This document shows positions 9,380 through 17,963 of a DNA stretch of 64,000 nt, piece by piece. The DNA comes from Methanobacteriota archaeon (GTDB lineage: Archaea; Thermoplasmatota; Thermoplasmata; UBA10834): the NCBI GenBank assembly GCA_020348345.1, contig CP070748.1, positions 875,196-939,195 of the forward strand. The letters are read 5' to 3'. Positions within the stretch are counted from its first letter, which is position 1, and each line of letters opens with the position of its first letter. The translations under genes and the position numbers were made by a program. The notes under the pieces were generated by a model. The model was not told the origin of the DNA. It was given only the letters and a program-made list of their open reading frames with translations, and made no database searches.

Positions 9380-11405
9380 CTACATCCTGACGACGTGTCC
9401 GTACTGCGGTACTGGCTGCAACTTCTTCCTTCAGGTTGCGGACGGGCGGGCGGTTGGTGTAGTGCCATGCAAGACCGATGAAACCAGCGCTGGCAGCCTT
9501 TGCATAAAAGGATACAACGCGCACGCATTCGTCAATCACAGTGACAGGCTGACGCATCCGATGATAAGAGAAGGAGACCAGCTGAGCAAGGCGACCTGGG
9601 AGGAGGCGCTGCAGAGGATAGCATCGGAGATGAAGCGGATATCCGACGAACACGGTCCGGATGCCATCATGGTTCTCGCTTCAGCGAAATGCACGAACGA
9701 GGAGAACTACCTAATCCAGAAGGTTGCACGTGCTGCCATCGGAACGAATAACGTCGATCACTGTGCCCGGCTCTGTCACGCATCCACGGTCGCAGGACTG
9801 CTTCAATCGTTCGGCAGCGGAGCAATGACCAACACGATACCGGAATTCGAGAATGCGGACTGCATACTCGTCACCGGCTCGAACACTCTGGAAGCGCATC
9901 CCCTGATCGGAACCAGAATACTCAAAGCGAGGGACAAGGGGGCGAAGGTAATCGTCGTGGATCCTCGAGATACCCCTCTCTCGCGCGTGGCGACGATCAG
10001 CATGCGACAGGAATCGGGATCGGATGTCGCGTGGATCAATGGCATGATAAACATCATCATATCAGAGAAACTGCACGATGAGGAGTTCATCGCAGCTCGT
10101 ACGACCGGTTTCGACGAGTTGCGAGAAATCGTCAAGAATTACACTCCCGAGAGAGTGAAGAGCCTCACCGGAATTCCCGAGGATGACCTCGTGTCTGCCG
10201 CCAAGATGTATGCATCTGCTGACAAAGCCATGATAGCCTACGCGATGGGAATCACTCAACACAGTAACGGGACAAACCTGGTGCGAGCGCTGGCAAATCT
10301 CGCAATGGTAACCGGGAACGTGGGCAGGGAATCCACGGGCGTCAATCCATTAAGGGGGCAATGCAACGTCCAGGGCGCATGCGACGCAGGCGCGTTACCG
10401 AACCTTTATCCAGGATATCAAAGCGTGGAGGATGCCGAGACGCGCTCCAAATTCGAGCATGCATGGAATCGAAAGCTCAGCGAAAAGAAGGGCATGGCTT
10501 TGACCAACGCATTCGACAAGGCCCTGACTGGTGAGGTGAAGGCGATGCTCATATTCGGCGAGAATCCGATGATGTCGGACCCTGACATCGGGCACGTCGA
10601 AAGGGCAATTTCGAAGCTGGAGTTCATGGCGGTCATCGATATCTTCCCCACCGAGACCGTGAAGCTTGCCGACGTGGTCCTCCCTGCCGCGTGCTATGCG
10701 GAGAAGAACGGAACGTTCACGGCGACTGACCGAGCGGTAAGAGCGGTCAGGAAGGCCGTAGATCCGCCAGGCGACGCAAGGCCCGATTGGCAGATAGCCT
10801 GTGATCTCGGGAGATTGCTTGCAGGCGATGGCTTCGACTTCGCCTCACCCGAGCAAGTGCTGGCTGAGATGGCCGCGGTCGCGCCGATCTACGGCGGGAT
10901 CGATTACGAGCGAATCGAAGAGGAGATGGTCCGCTGGCCTTGTCCGTCTAAAGACCACCCAGGCACGAAGGTTCTGCACACAGAATCGTTCAAGATTGGC
11001 AAGGGTGTATTCGCACCCATCGAGCACACTCCTCCAGCGGAGGAGACTTCGGACGAGTATCCACTAATCCTCACGACCGGCAGAAACCTCTTTCAATTCC
11101 ACACTGGCACGATGACAAGGAGATCCGCCAAGCTTCAGCGGGAAGCTGCAGGACCCTACGTCGAGATCAACACGGAGGATGCGCGGAGGCTCGGCATCAT
11201 CGACGACGCAAGCGTTAGAATCACCTCACGAAGAGGGACCATAACCCTGGCTGCCAGGGTCACACAATGGATCAGACCGGGAACCATCTTCATTCCCTTC
11301 CACTATGCCGAAGCGGCTGCGAACAGACTTACTAACAACGCGTTGGATCCGACCGCCCAGATCCCGGAATACAAGGTGTGTGCGGCGAGATTGGAGAAAG
11401 CCTGA
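9369..11405 (+). CDS. fdhA: Formate dehydrogenase catalytic subunit (molybdo/tungstopterin, Cys-type, cytoplasmic)
   Basis: N-terminal TTCPYCGTGCNF 4Fe-4S motif. HCARLCHASTVAGL aligns with the FdhH ARVUHGPSVAGL active site, with TGT (Cys) at 9774-9776. No Tat signal. Start chosen 9 nt after GGAGG; ATG 9360 and 9363 are also possible. The track ORF start at 9300 is rejected. Confidence 0.85.
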   Translation: MPVDYILTTCPYCGTGCNFFLQVADGRAVGVVPCKTDETSAGSLCIKGYNAHAFVNHSDRLTHPMIREGDQLSKATWEEALQRIASEMKRISDEHGPDAIMVLASAKCTNEENYLIQKVARAAIGTNNVDHCARLCHASTVAGLLQSFGSGAMTNTIPEFENADCILVTGSNTLEAHPLIGTRILKARDKGAKVIVVDPRDTPLSRVATISMRQESGSDVAWINGMINIIISEKLHDEEFIAARTTGFDELREIVKNYTPERVKSLTGIPEDDLVSAAKMYASADKAMIAYAMGITQHSNGTNLVRALANLAMVTGNVGRESTGVNPLRGQCNVQGACDAGALPNLYPGYQSVEDAETRSKFEHAWNRKLSEKKGMALTNAFDKALTGEVKAMLIFGENPMMSDPDIGHVERAISKLEFMAVIDIFPTETVKLADVVLPAACYAEKNGTFTATDRAVRAVRKAVDPPGDARPDWQIACDLGRLLAGDGFDFASPEQVLAEMAAVAPIYGGIDYERIEEEMVRWPCPSKDHPGTKVLHTESFKIGKGVFAPIEHTPPAEETSDEYPLILTTGRNLFQFHTGTMTRRSAKLQREAAGPYVEINTEDARRLGIIDDASVRITSRRGTITLAARVTQWIRPGTIFIPFHYAEAAANRLTNNALDPTAQIPEYKVCAARLEKA

Positions 11406-11435
11406 GGGCGGTTTGGGCGAGTTGTTGAGGTGCCT

Positions 11436-12731
11436 TCATCTCCCAGCGGGTCGCCTCATCGCGAGTGCGATGCCGAAGGCCGCCAGCGAGGCCATGCCGA
11501 CCGCAACGAACACCCAGATGAAGCCGCTCTCCGTTGTCGCCATGAAACCCGGTATCAATCCACCAACCACCCCCGCAGCACCGTAGCCGGTGAAGACCAG
11601 GCCGTAATTGATGCCGATGTTTCTAGTGCCGAAGTACTCCGCAGTAGTCGATGGAAACAGCGAAAAGTTACCTCCGAAAGTGAATCCTACCGCGGCTGCC
11701 AAGGACGTCAGTCCTATGAACTGGATAATCTCCCCTGACGGCCTTGCGGCAAAGAACCATGCAGCGGCGAGCAACAACAAAGCCTGTAGGAGAAACATTA
11801 TTCTCAAAGTGTTCGCTCTTCCCAGAGAGTCTGACACCTTGCCCCAGACTATCCTCCCTGCTCCATTGAACAGCGCGATTATCCCGGCGATCGTTTGGAA
11901 CTGGGCAACGACCAGCGCGCTTCCGGATGGGTCCAGGTACTGGGCAAGGTTCCTGACATTGGCAATCATCATCAGGCCGGCAGTCGCCGACAGAAGGAAC
12001 ATCATGAAGAGCATGGGGAACTGCTTCGTTCTCATCATTTCCCTCCATCCGAACTCGTGGTTCGTCTTGGCAGCGGCATCCGGCGGCACATATCCCCTGG
12101 GCATCCAGCCTTCCGGGGGGTTCCTCAGGAGTTGCGCACCACCTACGACCATCAACAGGAATATCAATCCAAGATAGAGGAATGCGTCACTCAGTCCGTT
12201 CGATGATGAGTCAATAATCCAATTGCCAACCTGAGTGAACAGGAAAGCACCCGCACCAAACCCTGCAACGGCAATGCCCGTCACAAAGCCCCTCTTGTCC
12301 GGGAACCACTTCACCGCCGCGGCAAGGGGGCAGACATAGCCAAGGCCCAAGCCTATTCCGCCGAGGACGCCGTAGGAGAGATACATCATTGGGAGGCTTT
12401 CCGTTGAAAAAGCCGCCGTTATGTATCCGGCGCTGTAGGCAAGGCCACCCGCTGTGGCAACAATCCGGGGTCCTTTTCGGTCTTGCAGCCTCCCTGCAAA
12501 GATCATCGTTAATGCGAAAATCGCAATCGCCGCGGAGAATATGCCGAGGATGGCGAACGACTTCGGATCCGAATCAAGCGCTTCAGACAAAGGGGATGTG
12601 AATATCGAGAAGGCGTACACTGCGCCCAATGCTAACTGGATGAGAAGAGCTCCGAGAACAACTGACCATCGATTCATGACTCGTTCATTCGAGTGTTCAG
12701 GTTTGCTCGCCTCTTCAGATATCGCGTTCAT
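11436..12731 (-). CDS. MFS transporter, oxalate/formate antiporter (OFA) family
   Basis: 431 aa with about 12 TM segments. The N-terminal LGALLIQLALGAVYAFSIF motif is typical of the OFA subfamily. Confidence 0.75.
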   Translation of the reverse strand: MNAISEEASKPEHSNERVMNRWSVVLGALLIQLALGAVYAFSIFTSPLSEALDSDPKSFAILGIFSAAIAIFALTMIFAGRLQDRKGPRIVATAGGLAYSAGYITAAFSTESLPMMYLSYGVLGGIGLGLGYVCPLAAAVKWFPDKRGFVTGIAVAGFGAGAFLFTQVGNWIIDSSSNGLSDAFLYLGLIFLLMVVGGAQLLRNPPEGWMPRGYVPPDAAAKTNHEFGWREMMRTKQFPMLFMMFLLSATAGLMMIANVRNLAQYLDPSGSALVVAQFQTIAGIIALFNGAGRIVWGKVSDSLGRANTLRIMFLLQALLLLAAAWFFAARPSGEIIQFIGLTSLAAAVGFTFGGNFSLFPSTTAEYFGTRNIGINYGLVFTGYGAAGVVGGLIPGFMATTESGFIWVFVAVGMASLAAFGIALAMRRPAGR

Positions 12732-12854
12732 GTGATCTCTTCCATTTTGCTGCGTCTCAGGTCAGGCTCGCCTTGATCGTCCTTCGAGTGGGCAGCCGCG
12801 ACGGTCGCTACAGGTCGGACTTCGATAGGGACGAAGGCTCATCGAACTCTATAC

Positions 12855-14612
12855 TCAGTCCTCCAGAGTTGAAGTGTCTCCGATCGGAAGCCCTAGCTCT
12901 TTTGCCCTCAGAAGCCTTCTCATGATCTTGCCACTCCTGGTCTTGGGAAGTGTCTTGACGACGTCGATCTCCCTTGGGTATGCGTGACCAGCCAGCCGGC
13001 TCTTGACGAACTTCTGAATGTCCTTCTTGAGCTCTTCTGATTCTGCATGGCCAGGAGTGAGGACTATGAACGCCTTGATGATGTTCCCTCTAAGCTGATC
13101 CGGCTTTCCGATAACGCCCGCTTCAGCAACCGCATCATGTTCGATAAGTGCGCTTTCAACCTCGAAAGGGCCGACTCTCTCGCCCGAGGTCTTGATTACG
13201 TCATCCGCCCGACCGACATACCAGAAGTATCCGTCATCGTCGATCATTGCGGTGTCGCCAGTGTAGTACCAGCCGTTTCTCATGTACTCATTGTACTTGG
13301 ATTCGTTCTTCCATATCTCCCTCATCATCGAAGGCCAGCCTGGCCTTATGACCAGGTTCCCTTCCTCGCCTTGAGGGAGGACATTGCCTTCTTCATCGAC
13401 TATCTCAGCCTCTATGCCGGGGAGAGGCTTGCCCATCGACCCGGGCTTTATGGGCATTTCGGGGAAGTTAGTGATGAGAATGCTGCCCGTCTCGGTCTGC
13501 CACCAAGTGTCGTGGAAGGGCTTGTTGTCGAAGACTTCGAGGGCCCACTTGACTCCTTCGGGGTTCAGCGGCTCCCCTACGGAGTACAGGGCCCTCAGTG
13601 AGGAGAGATCGTATTTGGCGGGCAGGTCATCCCCCTTAGCCATGAGCATCCTAACAGCAGTGGGCGCTGTGTACCATACGGTCACTTTGTGATTCTGAAT
13701 CGATCTGTACCAGAGATCGGGGTCGAACCTTCCTCCGAGGCCGACCTGAGTGACGCCACATGACCACGGTCCCAGGCACCCATAGACCACGCCGGTAACC
13801 CATCCGAGATCGGCGGTGCACCAGTAGACATCCTCGTCGTGAAGGTCGAGAACCCACTTCGAAGTGAGCGTCTGCTGCACAATGCCTTTGTGAGCGTGAA
13901 CGACGCCTTTGGGCTTGCCCGTCGTACCCGACGTATACAACATGAATTGGTACTCCTCGGGATCCATCGGCACAGTCTCGAAGTCCTCTGCAGAGGACTC
14001 CATTTCAACCTGGTAACTGACTTCGCCCGCGTTTGCATCAGCATCATCGACAACGATGATGTGCTTGAGGTCCGGAAGCTGCTCCTTGATCGGGTACACC
14101 CGTTTGGCAAGCTCGGAACTGGTGACCAGCGCGACGGCGCCGCTGTCCAGCAACCTATCCCTTATCGCATCAGGTCCGAAAGCAGGGAACATAGGGCTGG
14201 CTATGGCGCCAGCTTTGATGGTGCCAAGGAAGCTGACGTACAGCTCTTTTGACCGCTGCAGGAAGACGAATACTCTATCCTGCCTTTTGATGCCCAGCTT
14301 GACCAGTACGTTCGCGAACTTGTTCGTCTCGCGATACATCTCGAGAAAAGTGATCTTCTGCACATTTCCATTGCCATCGTCATAGATGAGGGCCGCTTTG
14401 TCCTTCCTCTCGCCGAGCGCGTGTCTGTCGATTACATTGTAGACTGAGTTGATCTGTCCATCAGGAAACCAATCGACAAGCTCCTCAGCATCTCCCCATT
14501 TGAATGTCCGTCTCAGCCCATCGTAACCCTGCAGATTTGGTTTCAATCTCAATTGGGCGAGGTTCTTCTCTATCAACTCGCCATCTGACATTTCGCTGCT
14601 CTTCTCGGTCAT
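12855..14612 (-). CDS. AMP-forming acetyl/acyl-CoA synthetase
   Basis: Motifs YTSGTTGKPKGV, YWCTADLGWVTG, YYTGD and the C-terminal KTRSGKIMRR. At 585 aa it is shorter than the classical 650-aa Acs, so substrate is uncertain. Confidence 0.85.
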   Translation of the reverse strand: MTEKSSEMSDGELIEKNLAQLRLKPNLQGYDGLRRTFKWGDAEELVDWFPDGQINSVYNVIDRHALGERKDKAALIYDDGNGNVQKITFLEMYRETNKFANVLVKLGIKRQDRVFVFLQRSKELYVSFLGTIKAGAIASPMFPAFGPDAIRDRLLDSGAVALVTSSELAKRVYPIKEQLPDLKHIIVVDDADANAGEVSYQVEMESSAEDFETVPMDPEEYQFMLYTSGTTGKPKGVVHAHKGIVQQTLTSKWVLDLHDEDVYWCTADLGWVTGVVYGCLGPWSCGVTQVGLGGRFDPDLWYRSIQNHKVTVWYTAPTAVRMLMAKGDDLPAKYDLSSLRALYSVGEPLNPEGVKWALEVFDNKPFHDTWWQTETGSILITNFPEMPIKPGSMGKPLPGIEAEIVDEEGNVLPQGEEGNLVIRPGWPSMMREIWKNESKYNEYMRNGWYYTGDTAMIDDDGYFWYVGRADDVIKTSGERVGPFEVESALIEHDAVAEAGVIGKPDQLRGNIIKAFIVLTPGHAESEELKKDIQKFVKSRLAGHAYPREIDVVKTLPKTRSGKIMRRLLRAKELGLPIGDTSTLED

Positions 14613-15035
14613 CTTGCCTACCTTCCGTCATTCACCCGCACCTTTGGCGCGGCTATATCACGCCTTAGAGATCAGGAACCAATCTCCTCTTACTCACGAT
14701 GCCCTCTAGTCCTGAAGGGTCGCCGCATAGACCGGATTCATATGCCCAATCCGTAGTATATAACGCTAAGGCCATCTCTCCCTCAGCCTTCACACGCCGA
14801 TGACAAGATGGTTCCAATCGGTGTATTCTAGAGCTTCTTCTAAGCCTTTTCGTTGCAACAACGGCGATTTCAGATTGTTCCAGCTCCGTATAGAGATTAC
14901 AATCATTGCAAAGGTCGTCGCATTTCGTAACACAACGACAATATTCGGATTATTATAATAATAATCGCATTGATTGGTGACCGGCCGGAAAGAGAGGGCT
15001 TTCAGCTTCGAAACGGTGCGGCAACTAGCTGCTCT

Positions 15036-15926
15036 TCAGCCCTTGTAGTCGTGATGCACCTTTGCTGCGCGAACCGTGTTCTTCATCAGCATAGTGATGG
15101 TCATCGGGCCAACTCCTCCGGGAACTGGCGTGATGGCTTTCGCCTTATCCTTGACCGCGTCGAAGTCGACATCACCGACCAGTCTCTTGCCACTCTTGGT
15201 CGTCGGGTCATCGATTCGGTTGACTCCAACATCCACCACAACCACGCCATCCTTCACCATATCCGCTTTGACAAACTTGGGCACACCCATCGCAGCGATG
15301 AGAATGTCTGCCTGCCTGGACAGGGCAGGAAGGTCGGCCGTGCGAGAATGACAGACCGTAATGGTGGCGTCCGCTCCGGCCGCCTTCTGTACGAGAATGT
15401 TGGCAATGGGCTTTCCGACAATGTTGCTTCTTCCAAGTATGACGACGTGCTTTCCCTTTGGATCGTTTCCGCTCCTGACTAAGAGGTCCTGAATTCCAGC
15501 AGGAGTACATGGGAGATATGTTTCTGCGCCGACAACCATCTTGCCGACGTTGACAGGGTGGAAACCATCCACATCCTTCCCGGGATCGATTCTCATCAGG
15601 ACCTTCTCTTCGCTGATCTGCTTCGGCAGGGGGAGTTGCACGAGAATTCCATCAAACTCCGGGTCCGCGTTGTATTTGTCGACCAGCTTCAGCATCTCGT
15701 CCTCAGAGGTGGTTGCGGGGAGCCTGATAGTCTCCGATTTGATGCCCAGCTCCTCGCACGCCTCGCCCTTCTTCCGGACGTAGACCTGCGATGCCGGATC
15801 TTCTCCAACAAGAATGACGACCAGCCCTGGCGTCACACCGGAGACCTTCATCTTGGATATCTCCTCCTTAAGCTCGGCCCTTATGGTCTTCGCAACATCG
15901 TTTCCGCTTATGATTTCCGCCGCCAT
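15036..15926 (-). CDS. folD: Bifunctional methylene-THF dehydrogenase / methenyl-THF cyclohydrolase
   Basis: ILVGEDPASQVYVRKK, ILVQLPLP, HPVNVG, GRSNIVGKP and PVPGGVGPMT motifs. Start set at MAAEIISG; the track ORF start at 15980 is rejected. Confidence 0.9.
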   Translation of the reverse strand: MAAEIISGNDVAKTIRAELKEEISKMKVSGVTPGLVVILVGEDPASQVYVRKKGEACEELGIKSETIRLPATTSEDEMLKLVDKYNADPEFDGILVQLPLPKQISEEKVLMRIDPGKDVDGFHPVNVGKMVVGAETYLPCTPAGIQDLLVRSGNDPKGKHVVILGRSNIVGKPIANILVQKAAGADATITVCHSRTADLPALSRQADILIAAMGVPKFVKADMVKDGVVVVDVGVNRIDDPTTKSGKRLVGDVDFDAVKDKAKAITPVPGGVGPMTITMLMKNTVRAAKVHHDYKG

Positions 15927-16013
15927 CGTATCACGTCCAGGGCAAGTTGATGCGGGCGCCTTACTTAAGGTTTCGCGCAAGCTCTAGTCGAGGCTCGAAC
16001 TCCTCCGAAAGGA

Positions 16014-16021
16014 TTTATAAC
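16014..16021 (+). promoter_or_regulatory. TATA-box-like element TTTATAAC upstream of fhs
   Basis: AT-rich octamer about 40 nt upstream of ATG 16060, with AAGGGGG as an SD-like motif in between. Similar GTTATAA cores occur before other genes in the window. Confidence 0.35.
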
Positions 16022-16059
16022 GACTTCCCGATTACGGGGAGCAAAGGGGGTTAACGCAA

Positions 16060-17739
16060 ATGGCAATGAAGCCAGATATCGAGATTGCTCAGAAAGCGAA
16101 AGTCCAGCATATCGAGAAGATCGCCGAGAAGGTCGGTCTTTCTCATGACGACCTTGACTTCTACGGGAAGTATAAGGCCAAGGTGCCGTTGAACGTGCTG
16201 AAGAAGTTTGACAGCAACAAGGACGGGAAGCTGATATTCGTTACTGCCATCACGGCTACCAAGGCGGGAGAGGGAAAGACGGTAACGTCCATCGGTCTCT
16301 GTCAGGCATTCGGACAGCTTGGCAAGAATGTGATGCTGTCCTTGAGAGAGCCATCCTTGGGCCCGACTTTCGGGATTAAGGGAGGCGCGACAGGCGGAGG
16401 CTACTCCCAGGTCTATCCGATGTGGGATATCGATCTGCATTTCACAGGGGACATCCACGCTGTGGGCACAGCCCACAACCTCTTGTCTGCGCTCACGGAG
16501 AATCACGTGACAAAGAAGAACGAGCAGAACATCGATCCAACAAGAATCGTGTTCAGAAAAGCTCTTGACATGAACTGCAGAGAGCTCAGGAACATCGTCG
16601 TCGGCCTCGGTGGACGGAGCAAGGGCGGAGTTCCGAGGGAGAGTGGCTTCGACATAACCGTGGCTAGCGAAATCAACGCGATTCTTGCACTCGCAAGCGA
16701 CATGGCAGACCTCAGGAAGAGACTGTCGCGAATTGTAGTTGCATACACGCGCGATGGAAAGCCTATCACTGCGGACAAATTGAAAGGTATTGGTGCGATG
16801 TGCCTCCTGCTGAAGGACGCCATCAACCCCACCCTGGTCCAGACACTCGAAGGTCAGCCTGCGTTCATTCACGGATCCCCGTTCGCCAACATCGCCCATG
16901 GCAACAGTTCCATCATCGCCACGAAGTATGCCCTCAAGATGGCAGACTATGTGATCACAGAGGGCGGCTTCGCTGCAGACCTCGGTGGAGAGAAGTTCTT
17001 CAACATCGTGTGCAGGGTGGGCAACCTCAAGCCGGACGTCGCCGTTCTGGTGGCAAGCATAAGGGCATTGAAGATGCACGGCGGCATGGATGTGAAGGAG
17101 ATAGGCAACCCGAACACTGACTTCCTCGAGAAGGGCTACATGAACCTTGACAAGCACATTGAGAACATGAAGAAATTCGGCGTCCCCGTTGTCGTGGCCA
17201 TCAATCAGTTCCCTACGGACTCTCCCGAGGAGATCGAGCATATCAAGAAGCACTGCGAGAAGGTAGGAGCCAGGTTCGGCCTTTCGAAGGTCTTCACTGA
17301 CGGAGGCAAGGGCGGTGTGGAACTCGCTGAGGCGGTTCTCGAGTCGATTGAGAAGGAGAAGTCCAACTTCAAGGTCCTTTACGACGAAAAGCTCCCGATA
17401 AGTGACAAGATCAGGACGATTGCGACTGAGATCTACGGAGCGGAGGACGTTGTCTATACTGGCACGGCGCCTGCTGACATGAAGGCGATTGAGGCCGCAG
17501 GAAATGACAAGCTCCCGATTTGCATGGCAAAGACGCAGCTGTCGATAACGGACGATCCAGCCAAGAAGGGCGCTCCAAAGGACTGGGTCCTGACTGTCAG
17601 AGAAGTTAGGTTGTCGGCCGGGGCCGGGTTCATCGTCCCTCTAACTGGAGAAATCATGACGATGCCTGGTCTTCCTACGGTTCCAGCAGCCGAGCGGATA
17701 GACATCGACGACGACGGTCACATAACGGGCTTGAATTGA
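16060..17739 (+). CDS. fhs: Formate--tetrahydrofolate ligase
   Basis: 559 aa. PDIEIAQ, ITPTKAGEGKT-type P-loop (AITATKAGEGKTV), FDITVASE, HGGPFANIAHG-type (HGSPFANIAHGNSS) and LPICMAKTQ motifs. Confidence 0.95.
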   Translation: MAMKPDIEIAQKAKVQHIEKIAEKVGLSHDDLDFYGKYKAKVPLNVLKKFDSNKDGKLIFVTAITATKAGEGKTVTSIGLCQAFGQLGKNVMLSLREPSLGPTFGIKGGATGGGYSQVYPMWDIDLHFTGDIHAVGTAHNLLSALTENHVTKKNEQNIDPTRIVFRKALDMNCRELRNIVVGLGGRSKGGVPRESGFDITVASEINAILALASDMADLRKRLSRIVVAYTRDGKPITADKLKGIGAMCLLLKDAINPTLVQTLEGQPAFIHGSPFANIAHGNSSIIATKYALKMADYVITEGGFAADLGGEKFFNIVCRVGNLKPDVAVLVASIRALKMHGGMDVKEIGNPNTDFLEKGYMNLDKHIENMKKFGVPVVVAINQFPTDSPEEIEHIKKHCEKVGARFGLSKVFTDGGKGGVELAEAVLESIEKEKSNFKVLYDEKLPISDKIRTIATEIYGAEDVVYTGTAPADMKAIEAAGNDKLPICMAKTQLSITDDPAKKGAPKDWVLTVREVRLSAGAGFIVPLTGEIMTMPGLPTVPAAERIDIDDDGHITGLN

Positions 17740-17963
17740 GACAGCGTTGGCTCCGCTCGTTCGGAACGTCAGGGCTGCCCGAGCGCCCGGAGGTTTAAAA
17801 CCCTTTCCTTTTCATTACGCTCTGGGAACGGCTTTCTTGTTCCAGCGCATATCAAACGCGACGCCCTGATGGCGAAGGCCAGCGGCCTTCTGAACCAATA
17901 AGGGCATGTCACCACAGACACCCTTGAAATCGCCAAATCCGCAGAAGAGGGAGGAGAACAACA

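Noticed and set aside
16051-17253. 400-aa minus-strand ORF
   Set aside because: It lies entirely antisense to the unambiguous formate-THF ligase gene. The sequence is low-complexity and His/Leu/Val-rich with no recognisable motifs. This is a typical shadow ORF in GC-rich coding DNA.
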